Assembly: GCA_031554665.1 (NCBI GenBank)
Contig: JAVBVA010000009.1
Span: 2,911-66,910 of the forward strand
Reading direction: 5' to 3'
From: Bacteroides sp.
GTDB taxonomy: Bacteria > Bacteroidota > Bacteroidia > Bacteroidales > Bacteroidaceae
Length of the DNA: 64,000 nucleotides
Positions 38,396-47,706 of the stretch are shown here, one piece after another. The notes beneath the pieces are model-generated. The model worked only from the letters and a program-made list of their open reading frames with translations, was not told where the DNA came from and searched no databases. Numbering within the stretch: position 1 is the stretch's first letter; every line of letters starts with the position of its first letter. The translations under genes and the position numbers were made by a program.

Positions 38396-39445
38396 TTAGA
38401 GTATTGCGTCGGGAGTTACGAGTACCCACTCTTCGATGGTAACCTCCAGCGTCAGTGTTACATCCACCGGATTCGGGGTCAGGCCCAGATCGTCTTCGCC
38501 GAAGGTGATACCGTTCGTACCACCGATGCGGTAGATCTTGCCACGCTCGAATACGGTCGAACCGAGGTTATTGTAACCCGTCACGGTCAGGTAATAGGTC
38601 GTTCCGCTCAGGTCAACTTCAGGATCAGAACCGACTTTGTACTTCACGCCGTCCAGTGCGATGATAAAGCGGGGCAGAGCGCCCGAAGCCACGTTATGTG
38701 CCCATACATTGCCCGAAGCCGGAGCAGCTACCAGCGGCGTGCCGGTTGCCGCCCAAGTACCAGCATCACCGATACCTGTGAAAGTAGCGCTTTGGTCCTG
38801 AGAGAACATGGTACCGGCAAAGCCACCTGCATAGGTGAACGAAGGATGGTAGTTATCCACATACACGCCCTTCACGTTAAAAGCAGTGATATTCGTGCCA
38901 CCCTCAATCTGGGTTAGCTCCAGGCGGGAGATCAACGGTTTGATCGATACGTCCACCGTAGCGGTATTGTTAGCACCCGGAACAATCGAGGCAGGAATGC
39001 CATTTGAATTGGCCAAAGCTGCATCCCTGTAATCCACTTGCGTGGTCATCAGTGACGCCGCAGCTTGAAGATCGGTGATCGTGGTTTTTGCTGAGATCGT
39101 TGCAAGGTCACTGGACGGAATGTTACCGATGATGTAGATACGCGAGTCAGCTGCAACAGCCTGTCCCAATACTTGACCTGAGCCGGTGGTAGCTTGAATT
39201 ACGTTCAATGCCTCGTGGTAAGTTACTCCACCCATCGGGTTGATTACGAAAATGTGCCCATCGTTGAGCCGGATAGTACCTATGGCAGTAGAACCCGGAG
39301 CCTCTACGGCCCTCGACTGGATCACGCCCGAAACTTTGATCGAAACGTGCGTAGCATCTTTACCGGCACCGCCGTTTTCATCCTTAGAACAGGATGTGAA
39401 AACCATTGCTGCGATTGCAGCAGTCATTAAAAGAACTTTTTTCAT
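38396..39445 (-). CDS. Type V pilus major stalk subunit (FimA/Mfa1-like)
   Basis: Lipobox FTSC-SKDE, SR-A maturation site, PLISRLEL, FERGKIYRI, C-terminal donor strand LTLEVTIEEWVLVTPDAIL. Confidence 0.82.
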   Translation of the reverse strand: MKKVLLMTAAIAAMVFTSCSKDENGGAGKDATHVSIKVSGVIQSRAVEAPGSTAIGTIRLNDGHIFVINPMGGVTYHEALNVIQATTGSGQVLGQAVAADSRIYIIGNIPSSDLATISAKTTITDLQAAASLMTTQVDYRDAALANSNGIPASIVPGANNTATVDVSIKPLISRLELTQIEGGTNITAFNVKGVYVDNYHPSFTYAGGFAGTMFSQDQSATFTGIGDAGTWAATGTPLVAAPASGNVWAHNVASGALPRFIIALDGVKYKVGSDPEVDLSGTTYYLTVTGYNNLGSTVFERGKIYRIGGTNGITFGEDDLGLTPNPVDVTLTLEVTIEEWVLVTPDAIL

Positions 39446-39501
39446 TTGTGTAAAAATTAAAAATTAATAAAAATGGTTGTTTGAAAATATTTACTCTCGT
39501 T

Positions 39502-41166
39502 TTACTGATTGTCTGATTCTCTTGTTTTGAAGCACTTTACCAGTTCTCCCGTATTCCGGATCGCCTCGGCGTTGCCTGCGGCTTTGGCAAAACATTCCGC
39601 AGCCTTCTGCTTGTCGCCCTGCATGTATGCTAGTATCCCGGCATTGTTCCAGTAGGCAGGTGTGTGTCCCTTTACCTTTTGCAGGTATTGGGCGGCCGAT
39701 ACCGCATCCTTACGGTTCAGTGCATTGGCAGCGGCATTGATATTGGCTACATCACTTGCGGGGAAAATCCGGGCCGCTGTTTCAAACACTTCGTTGAAAG
39801 CGGTGCTGCCCGGCTCGTAGGTATCTGCAATAAGGAACATTTCGTTGAGCGATAGGCTTGATGGCTTAGTCTTGAATACTGCCTTACCTTTCTCGACCGT
39901 GAATGGAAGTACCGTATAATGCAGTTCGTAGTCCGAACGGCGAAGCTGCGGGAACAATTCGACCTTCATCTGACGGTAAGGATTGCCACCGGATAAGTCC
40001 ATTAGCTTTTTCTCCCGTCCATCGAAAATGTCCGTGCCGCGTATGATTTCCAGTATGCGGTATTTATCGGCCATGCCCGATTGCTCGACCAGCACATCGA
40101 GGGTTTTCCAGTCCTCGCCCCGGCCTTCTACCCGGAACAAACCATGGGAGAAGCCGTACATGGACCGGATATGCTCTTTCAAGGCATTGGCACGGTGCTG
40201 GGAAAGCGTCATATTCGATTCATACGTTCCTTCGGGTGAAGCGTAGCCCGTGATGGTGATGCCGGTAATGGTAGCATCCGGATCATTCTGTACCTGACGG
40301 ATCAGGGCGTGTATCTTATCCAGTTCGACAGCATTGTTCTTGAACGAGGGTACGATTTCCGAACGTCCTACTACAAAGTCCAGATATGCCTTGCCCGCTT
40401 CGCTACGTTGCTTCACCGTTTCCACTTCGGGGGTAATGAAACTGACAGCAAACTGTGGAACGTAGGCAACTACCGGTTTGGCGGGTTCCGGTTCCTTTAC
40501 CACTACTGGCGGGATATATACCGGTTCGGGGTTCTGTACCGGCTTTTTCTTTGCGCCGAAACTATATATTAAGGAGATAGCCGCCTTTGTGGGACCAATA
40601 TAGTTCTTTACCTCACTGCCGATCTTCTCCCCGCAATGGGTGCAAGGGTATTTGTCATACGACAGGTAAGCATAGCCCACACCGATTTCAGCCTCCATTG
40701 CCAGGCGGTGGTTGAAATTCCACCGATAGCCGTAACCGATACCTGCACCGGCCAGCCAGCCCTCAAAGCGGTGGGCATTCATGTATTCCGAAAACGGAGG
40801 ATTGTCGAGACCGCCTATATTATAATAACCATAGTGCGCGTGCAACCCGAAGAACGATCTCCGGAAGGTTTCACCCGGCCAGAAACGGAATTCCGGCTGG
40901 ATAAGCAGGTGCTTCCATTTCCTGTTATTATCAAAAGTCCAGGGATTGTAATTGCCCGAGATCTCGAATGATGTTTTTCTACCTGTCTTAAATTCCATCC
41001 CTAAATTAATAGTGGTAGTGGCATCGTAGAGCAAATTAGTTTTGATGCCCCAGGTCGGCAGCGTATAAACAGACGCTTCCGGTGTTGTAGTTTCCTGTGC
41101 GAGGCACGTATTACCGATAACTATGGCAGTTATCGCAGTCAATAGACATTTTCTCATGTATTGCAT
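39502..41166 (-). CDS. DUF3575 beta-barrel fused to an OmpA-like/DUF3868-type domain; first gene of the pilus operon
   Basis: WGIKTNLLYDATTTINLG, QPEFRFW and GPTKAAISLIY (DUF3575); ITGYASPEG..N..LSQHRA (OmpA-like). Start moved to ATG 41166 because the track's extension runs through the recombination site. Confidence 0.82.
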   Translation of the reverse strand: MQYMRKCLLTAITAIVIGNTCLAQETTTPEASVYTLPTWGIKTNLLYDATTTINLGMEFKTGRKTSFEISGNYNPWTFDNNRKWKHLLIQPEFRFWPGETFRRSFFGLHAHYGYYNIGGLDNPPFSEYMNAHRFEGWLAGAGIGYGYRWNFNHRLAMEAEIGVGYAYLSYDKYPCTHCGEKIGSEVKNYIGPTKAAISLIYSFGAKKKPVQNPEPVYIPPVVVKEPEPAKPVVAYVPQFAVSFITPEVETVKQRSEAGKAYLDFVVGRSEIVPSFKNNAVELDKIHALIRQVQNDPDATITGITITGYASPEGTYESNMTLSQHRANALKEHIRSMYGFSHGLFRVEGRGEDWKTLDVLVEQSGMADKYRILEIIRGTDIFDGREKKLMDLSGGNPYRQMKVELFPQLRRSDYELHYTVLPFTVEKGKAVFKTKPSSLSLNEMFLIADTYEPGSTAFNEVFETAARIFPASDVANINAAANALNRKDAVSAAQYLQKVKGHTPAYWNNAGILAYMQGDKQKAAECFAKAAGNAEAIRNTGELVKCFKTRESDNQ

Positions 41167-41194
41167 GTCGTTTTCTTCTTGTTTTACTTGTCCT

Positions 41195-41218
41195 GCACTA
41201 TGTAGTGCAGGACACATT
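41195..41218 (+). repeat. Left inverted repeat of the invertible cassette
   Basis: gcactatgtagtgcaggacacatt is the exact reverse complement of 42410-42433 (27/28 when extended outward). Confidence 0.92.
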
Positions 41219-41448
41219 TGATCGTATTTCTCTAACCAATTGATAAACAATAGGATACAGAAAATTAAGGTACTAACAAATCAACACTCGCCAAACATTG
41301 GTAAAACAAGGGATGGGGACGGAATGTAGCCGAAAGCAGCCAAGGCCACACAGAGACAGGATTTACGGGCAGAAGAAAGCCCGGTAAAACGAGCCATTAG
41401 TAAAACATTTGTAAAACAACAGGACAATCTATTAAATATCAATACTAT

Positions 41449-42324
41449 ATGGAATTATTGAACATTCAGGAGCACAAACGCTGTTTGAGTTTTGAGCATT
41501 CGCAGCACCCGATGATCGAGGTACGGAAAACACTTCACGGGCATGAAGGCGAATTGGAGTTTGCATGCAACGAAATCGTATTCGTGTTGGAAGGGAAAAT
41601 AGACTTTTTTTTCCGTGATCACCCGGAGAAAACAGTACAAAAAGGTCAATTCTTTTTTATACCGACGGTCGGCGTGTTCCGTTACAAGGCCGAACGCAAA
41701 AGTATGGTGCTGGTAATCCGCTTACACGACCGGATACGGCTGTGCCGGGGGATGACGGTGGAGCAGCTGTATGACAAAGCGAAAGCCGGAGAGGCGTTAA
41801 AAAAAGCAGAGGCCGTTTCCATGCTCGACATCAACGTACACCTACAGCACTTCCTGACCGGAATTTGCGAAGTGCTGGCCGATGGTTTGCAATGCCGCCA
41901 CTACTTTGAAACCAAGACGCAGGAGTTGTTTTTTCTGCTCAGGACATACTACCCAAGGGAAAAGCTCCATGAATTCTTTTCGCTGATACTGACCCCCGAC
42001 ACGGCGTTTTCCGAATATATACGGGCGAATGCACTGAAATATAAAACGGTTGGTGATTTTGCTTCAGCACTACACATGACACCCCGCCAGTTTTCCGACA
42101 AATTCAATAGGGTATTCCGGCAAGCACCCTACGCTTGGATGAAGCAGGAAAAAGTACGCATGATACAGGCTGATCTTATGCAAGGCGAAAAGGATAACAA
42201 GCAGATAGCCCACGAATACGGTTTCTCAACACCGAACCATTTATATGACTTTTGTAAGGAAAATTTAGGTAAAACACCAGGGGAAATCCGTTGCAACAGT
42301 AGGATTGGAGAAAAACGGGAGTAA
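41449..42324 (+). CDS. AraC-family transcriptional regulator lying inside the inverted repeats
   Basis: Cupin-like N-terminus (NEIVFVLEG); double HTH FASALHMTPRQFSDKF...IAHEYGFSTPNHLYDFCK. Confidence 0.92.
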   Translation: MELLNIQEHKRCLSFEHSQHPMIEVRKTLHGHEGELEFACNEIVFVLEGKIDFFFRDHPEKTVQKGQFFFIPTVGVFRYKAERKSMVLVIRLHDRIRLCRGMTVEQLYDKAKAGEALKKAEAVSMLDINVHLQHFLTGICEVLADGLQCRHYFETKTQELFFLLRTYYPREKLHEFFSLILTPDTAFSEYIRANALKYKTVGDFASALHMTPRQFSDKFNRVFRQAPYAWMKQEKVRMIQADLMQGEKDNKQIAHEYGFSTPNHLYDFCKENLGKTPGEIRCNSRIGEKRE

Positions 42325-42364
42325 AATGTCCTGATTTTGGACTTCATAATCGGAAATTATCTTC

Positions 42365-42372
42365 TACTTTTG
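42365..42372 (+). promoter_or_regulatory. Invertible internal promoter -7 element
   Basis: TACTTTTG lies 37 nt inside the right IR and has no sense gene downstream in this orientation. TTTG at 42336-42339 is 25 nt upstream, longer than the usual spacing. Confidence 0.7.
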
Positions 42373-42409
42373 CAGACAGAATAAAGAAATGCAAAGTAGT
42401 TAAACCAAT

Positions 42410-42433
42410 AATGTGTCCTGCACTACATAGTGC
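42410..42433 (-). repeat. Right inverted repeat of the invertible cassette
   Basis: aatgtgtcctgcactacatagtgc, the reverse complement of 41195-41218. Confidence 0.92.
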
Positions 42434-42462
42434 CGGATAACTGTAAACTAAGTTTAACGATA

Positions 42463-42470
42463 CAAAGATA
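42463..42470 (-). promoter_or_regulatory. Fixed external promoter -7 element pointing into the cassette
   Basis: caaagata reads TATCTTTG on -, 29 nt outside the right IR. A TTG (caa 42492-42494) lies 21 nt upstream. Confidence 0.65.
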
Positions 42471-42679
42471 TTAATATATGCCGTAAAAGATCAATATTAG
42501 GCTTATTTTAACTATTTCACAACATCTTATAATGTTAAAATACTTCCGTCATCCAACTTCGACCTATTTCCATTATTCCTTTTTATTTCAAAGCATATCC
42601 GTAGCTGCCCGTAGCCTCCGGCAACAGGTACAAACAGTGAACACTCCTCCTTTGTAGGGCAGATGCGAGTAATAAAAAA

Positions 42680-43978
42680 TTATTTCCCAACTGCCGCCAT
42701 ACCCGATGGCCTCGACAGCAGGGTCACAATAATGTGGTACGCCTGATCGTAGTACGAACGTTCAAAGGAAGCAAAATAGTTGTGCGTCATCTTCTCGGTA
42801 GAGTGCCCCAGCATTTCGCTGATAACACCCGCAGGCATCCCGCCGCCCCGGACAAGGGTGGCAAACGAGTGACGTGCAACATGTGTGGTCAGCCGCTTAT
42901 CCTTGCCAATGGCTGCCAGCTTCGCCAATGCTTTCAGTCGCCGGTTTTGTGTCCGCAGTGCGGTTTCGTATTCGCGGCGGGCGGTTTCCCCTTCGCCGGT
43001 AATGATGGGGAACAGGTAGGGAGAATCTCTTACCTCGTCGGCAAAGCTGTCGATGATTTGCTGCATACCCTCGTTTACCTTCACTTCCACCTGCTTGCGG
43101 GTTTTCTTGCGGTAGTAAGTACAGATACCATCTTTTATATTTTCTTTCCGGAGGTGGGCCATATCAATGAAACACATCCCCTGTGCGAAAAAGCAGAACA
43201 TAAACAAGCGGTGGGCGAAGTGCAGGTTCTCGGTATGTTCCCGTCCGCATGTCCCGGCAGGGTGCCTCTTCCGCAGAGCATCGAAGTCGACTTCGTAGAA
43301 GTGGGTGGTTTCCTCTACCGTCAGGGCGCGTTTGGCTGTTTGGTGTACCTTTGTATAGACCCCGGCAAAAGGATTGCTCTGTTTGACCGGTATGCGGCGG
43401 GCTTTGACGGCCTTGTTATAAATTGCCCGCAGGTTACGCATATAGAACGAGATGGTATTGGGTTTCAATCCCCGGTTCATCATGGCTGTTTCAAAGTCTT
43501 TCATCAGCGTGGCATTAATATGGTTAAGGGGAATATCCACGTTTTTGTTAAACTTTACCAACCCGTTAGACACAGTACGGTAGGCATCTGCCAGCCGGAA
43601 TTGCTTATTTTGTTCCGCTTCCTCCGCCAACGCTTCGGCATAGCCCAGCAACTTGCCGTCATCTTTCTTGCGGCGCAGCTTCCCGACAATATCCCCGACG
43701 GTATAGCGCCCTTGCTTTTCAAGCGAAGTAACGATATCCTGCACTGTTTCGACAGAGGCGGCGATCTTTGCCTCCACTTCTTCCAAATACGCCGTCCGCC
43801 CGGGGTCGTTTTCGGGGTAAATCACAGTTTGCTGTTCTCTGTCCCATTCCTGGGGGTAGAGGTAGCAACCTAAAGCGGTTGTTTTGCCCTTACGGTAATG
43901 TAGTACACGCAGGGATAGGCTTCCTGGGTGGTGGCCTTTCCGGGTGGAAGGCCGCAATACAAAGTTTACTGATGTCAT
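42680..43978 (-). CDS. Tyrosine recombinase (Arm-binding, SAM-like and catalytic domains)
   Basis: PNTISFYMRNLRAIYNKA, THVARHSFAT (HxxR), MLGHS, catalytic Tyr in MTHNYF. -7 element TAACTTTG at 44007-44014 (-). Confidence 0.93.
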   Translation of the reverse strand: MTSVNFVLRPSTRKGHHPGSLSLRVLHYRKGKTTALGCYLYPQEWDREQQTVIYPENDPGRTAYLEEVEAKIAASVETVQDIVTSLEKQGRYTVGDIVGKLRRKKDDGKLLGYAEALAEEAEQNKQFRLADAYRTVSNGLVKFNKNVDIPLNHINATLMKDFETAMMNRGLKPNTISFYMRNLRAIYNKAVKARRIPVKQSNPFAGVYTKVHQTAKRALTVEETTHFYEVDFDALRKRHPAGTCGREHTENLHFAHRLFMFCFFAQGMCFIDMAHLRKENIKDGICTYYRKKTRKQVEVKVNEGMQQIIDSFADEVRDSPYLFPIITGEGETARREYETALRTQNRRLKALAKLAAIGKDKRLTTHVARHSFATLVRGGGMPAGVISEMLGHSTEKMTHNYFASFERSYYDQAYHIIVTLLSRPSGMAAVGK

Positions 43979-44170
43979 TGTTCGATAAATAAAATTTAAA
44001 TTTCTGCAAAGTTAGCCCTTACCTGTGTGGGTAACAGAAAGAATTCTAAATAGTTTTCAATTGTACCCATTTACGAGTATTCATAAAATCATGTTTGACT
44101 CTATATAAATTAATATTCACACCGTTGCATAAATTTATTGCCGGATATGGATACAAGTATTGTTATTTTA

Positions 44171-44300
44171 GAAAACAGCTATTCGTATCAGTGCATTATT
44201 TCTTTCGTATCAGTGCATTGATACGAAAGAAATAATGCACTGATATGAAAGAATGAATGCACTGATACGAATACTGATTAGGCAAGCTGAAAATAGCTAT
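44171..44300. repeat. Palindromic array of ~22-bp units with near-direct flanking 12-mers
   Basis: ttcgtatcagtgcatt twice, then inverted units (aatgcac)tgatacgaa three times. Flanks are gaaaacagctat (44171-44182) and gaaaatagctat (44289-44300). Confidence 0.85.
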
Positions 44301-44520
44301 ATGCATCCCAAGGAATTAAAATATGCAAGCCTGCTATTAATTTTATTCCACTTTCTTGGTGCTGATAGATACTTTCTTGAATGACCCCTGGGTCAAAAAT
44401 GTTAGTACCTTACAAGGAAGCAACTTAACATTTAGTAAGCTATTAAATTCCATACAGTTATATTATAAAAGATATTTTTTCTTCTTATCTTTGCAGCCTC
44501 GTAAAACGTAAAATCAGCTT

Positions 44521-47500
44521 ATGGATACAAATTTCATTGCCCGTACAACGCAAAAGGCGATTGTACTCAACACACAACACACAAAACTAAAGCGGCTCTC
44601 TTCTCTTCTATTATTCCAGCTCTTTGTCTGTGCTTTATTGTCTGCTCAAAAAAGAGACAGTTGCATTCTGGTAATCAACACTTACACAGAAATGGAAGCT
44701 CTGAGCGACAATATTGCTAATACTCTTTTGCATAATCTACCGCACGAATACCGAGGAACTTCGGTTGCCTTCGAAAACCTGAGCATGCTTTTGGTTAATA
44801 CCGAAGAAGAACTGGACACCCTTAAGAGTCGTCTGTTCAAGACTTATCAACAACGCCCTCCCAAGCTGATCATTATGGAAGGGAATAGTGTTTGGGGGCT
44901 GTTACACAAGGATATCAAGAAACGTTGGCAGAATGTTCCCATTGTTCTCTGTGCCGAAAAAGATTATATGGGGCCCGAAGAAGCCTATCTTAAAAAATAT
45001 GCCATTACTCCGGGGCAACGAGTTCCCTTGTCTCAGGCATTAAAAGGGGAAAATGTAGTAGTGGTACATACCGGTTACTATATAAGCGAAACCATCTCAT
45101 TAATGAAAAAGCTACAACCGCAGATAAAGCGTTTGGCGTTCATCTCCGATAGACGATGGATCAATGCACAAAACCGGGAAGAATTGTCGGCAGTTGTTGA
45201 GAAGCAATATCCGGAATTAAAAGTTGACTACTTTACAGGAGGGGATATCTCTACAAACGACCTTCTCGATTCGTTGAACACATTCGACCAGAACACCGGT
45301 ATACTGCTCTGTTCCTGGTACATGCGCGATGTGCTGACCAATCAGGGGGTCATCAACACCCGCGGATACCGGGTGCTTGCCCGGCAGACTCAGCAACCGG
45401 TCTTCACGTTATCTGATATCGGAGTAAAGGATCGGGAACTTGTCGGAGGATATTTCCAAATGCTTGATAGTATCAGTATAGCCGTGACCCGAACTGTACA
45501 TGGCATTCTATCGGGTAAACGGGCAGAATTCATGCCGCCAGTCCAAGTACAAGCACAGCCGGTATTCAACTACTGGGACTTCAACCGGGTAGGTTTCTCA
45601 GAAGCATTATGCCCCGCCGGCACCTTCTTTTACGAAAAACCGGGAAGTTTTCTGAGCAAGTACAAGTACCATATAGGAGCCATTTCGGTACTCCTACTAT
45701 TCGTCTTTATCTTGATGTACTACCGCATCCTTGCCGACAAAAAACTTCAGAAGAGCCAAGCCAAAGAAATAGATACCATGCGGAAGCTCGACCACCTGTT
45801 CAACCACATGCCCATCGGCTACCTCAACAGCCGGGTGGTCAGGAATGAGCAGGGAGAAGTGTGTGATTATGTATTGCAACGGTTGAACCCGGCTTTCAAG
45901 CAACTGATCCTCCCTAAAGAAGAAGTGGATTCAGTCGATTTTGCCTGGCGTCTGGATGCCAAACGTCGCAAAGAGTATATCCACCAGATCAATCTTGTGT
46001 GCAGTAAGCAACGCAGTATCACTACTCAATATTATCATCGGGAAACCAATCGCACGATTACCTTAATATATACTCCCTCCGAAAAAGCGGATGAAGTAGA
46101 TATGTATTGCGTGGACAATACCGAACTGGCACAGGCACAACAACTACTCAGGACAGTAAACCACAAACTAACAATGGCGTTGGATGTGGCCAACCTGGTG
46201 CCCTGGAAATGGGATCTCAAGAAACGCACCATCCTGTGTGACGTGAACCGGCCGTTGGAGCTCGCCAACTCCATTGACAAAGCCGAAGACCAACTGTCGG
46301 TACCCGACCGGGAATACTTCTCGAAGATATGCAAGGAAGACCGGGAGCGTGTACGGAAAGCTTATCAGAACCTGATTCTGGGTAAGGTAGAAAAGATTAG
46401 AGAAGAATACCGTGTGCTGACCGTCAAAGGAAAAGAACGCTTCTTCGACTGGGTAGAAGCTCAGGCAGCGATCGACCAGCGGGATACAGAAGGAAATCCG
46501 CTGACACTCATCGGCTCGTCCCTCGTCATCACCGAGCGCAAACGAATGGAGCACGAACTGATCTCCGCCAAAGACCAGGCCGAAGAATCGAGCCGGTTGA
46601 AATCGGCTTTTCTTGCCAACATGAGTCATGAGATACGTACGCCGCTCAATGCTATTATCGGATTCTCCGGCATACTGGCATCGGCCAAAGAGGAGGAAGA
46701 GAAGCAAGAGTATATCAGCATTATTGAGAATAATAACACACTGTTATTGCAACTCATCAATGATATTCTCGACCTTTCGAAGATTGAAGCAGGCACCTTG
46801 GAGTTCACTTACTCCAACATCGACCTGAACCTGCTGATGCGCGAAATTGAGCAGTCGTCGCGCTTACGGCAAGGAGCCGAACACCTGGCCATCGACTTTG
46901 AACCGGGATTGCCCGATTGTTTCGTTCACACAGAGAAGAACCGGTTAATGCAAGTGCTCACCAATCTGATAACCAATGCTATCAAGTTTACTACAGAGGG
47001 TGGCATACGTTTCGGATATACACTCCAACCCGATGGTAACCTGCGTTTCTTTGTTGCAGATACGGGATGCGGCATTCCCCAAGAAGCGCAAGACCAGGTC
47101 TTTGGCAGATTCGTGAAACTGAACAATTTCGTACAGGGTACCGGACTGGGGTTGTCGATCTGTGAAACGATCATAAAAAATCTCAAAGGTACTATCGGCG
47201 TAGACTCGGAACCGGGTAAAGGGTCTACGTTCTGGTTCACTATTCCCTACGACCCGGTACAGTTATCCGAAAAACAAGTAAAAGAGTACAAGCAAATTAC
47301 AATTCATAAAACCAAAGAAGAGAAACTCACCGTACTGATAGCCGAAGACAATGCGAGCAACTTCCGCCTGCTCGAATCGATTCTGCAAAACGACTACCAC
47401 CTGATCCATGCCTGGAACGGAAAAGAAGCCGTAGAGCAGTTCGAGCTACATCAACCGGAAATGGTGCTGATGGATATCAACATGCCCGAAATGAATGGAT

Positions 47501-47694
47501 ATGAGGCAACGGAGGAGATCAGGAAGCTATCGGACAGTGTGCCTATCATTGCCCTCACAGCATACGCGTATGCCTCAGACGAAGAAAAGATTCTGAGCAG
47601 CGGGTTCGATGCTTACACTCCGAAACCTCTGGATGCCAACCGTTTGCGAAGGCAGATGCACGAATTACAGCAAAGCAGGTTGCTGTTTTTGTAA
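44521..47694 (+). CDS. Hybrid sensor histidine kinase (periplasmic binding-type sensor, PAS-like, HisKA, HATPase, receiver)
   Basis: [17 protein letters not shown]-box, DTGCGI G1, GTGLGL G2, MVLMDINMP receiver. -7 element TATCTTTG at 44486-44493. Confidence 0.93.
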   Translation: MDTNFIARTTQKAIVLNTQHTKLKRLSSLLLFQLFVCALLSAQKRDSCILVINTYTEMEALSDNIANTLLHNLPHEYRGTSVAFENLSMLLVNTEEELDTLKSRLFKTYQQRPPKLIIMEGNSVWGLLHKDIKKRWQNVPIVLCAEKDYMGPEEAYLKKYAITPGQRVPLSQALKGENVVVVHTGYYISETISLMKKLQPQIKRLAFISDRRWINAQNREELSAVVEKQYPELKVDYFTGGDISTNDLLDSLNTFDQNTGILLCSWYMRDVLTNQGVINTRGYRVLARQTQQPVFTLSDIGVKDRELVGGYFQMLDSISIAVTRTVHGILSGKRAEFMPPVQVQAQPVFNYWDFNRVGFSEALCPAGTFFYEKPGSFLSKYKYHIGAISVLLLFVFILMYYRILADKKLQKSQAKEIDTMRKLDHLFNHMPIGYLNSRVVRNEQGEVCDYVLQRLNPAFKQLILPKEEVDSVDFAWRLDAKRRKEYIHQINLVCSKQRSITTQYYHRETNRTITLIYTPSEKADEVDMYCVDNTELAQAQQLLRTVNHKLTMALDVANLVPWKWDLKKRTILCDVNRPLELANSIDKAEDQLSVPDREYFSKICKEDRERVRKAYQNLILGKVEKIREEYRVLTVKGKERFFDWVEAQAAIDQRDTEGNPLTLIGSSLVITERKRMEHELISAKDQAEESSRLKSAFLANMSHEIRTPLNAIIGFSGILASAKEEEEKQEYISIIENNNTLLLQLINDILDLSKIEAGTLEFTYSNIDLNLLMREIEQSSRLRQGAEHLAIDFEPGLPDCFVHTEKNRLMQVLTNLITNAIKFTTEGGIRFGYTLQPDGNLRFFVADTGCGIPQEAQDQVFGRFVKLNNFVQGTGLGLSICETIIKNLKGTIGVDSEPGKGSTFWFTIPYDPVQLSEKQVKEYKQITIHKTKEEKLTVLIAEDNASNFRLLESILQNDYHLIHAWNGKEAVEQFELHQPEMVLMDINMPEMNGYEATEEIRKLSDSVPIIALTAYAYASDEEKILSSGFDAYTPKPLDANRLRRQMHELQQSRLLFL

Positions 47695-47706
47695 GATTTC
47701 GCTTAT

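Noticed and set aside
41167-41250. Extended N-terminus of the DUF3575 gene, and similar track extensions at 9314, 10978, 28669, 38429 and 49531
   Set aside because: The extensions overlap promoters, recombination sites or neighbouring genes. Downstream ATGs give proper signal peptides or family N-termini.
33202-44520. Pilus locus as an excisable integrative element with att sites
   Set aside because: No terminal direct repeats were found and no mobilisation or excisionase genes. The recombinase is better explained as the invertase for the adjacent IRs.
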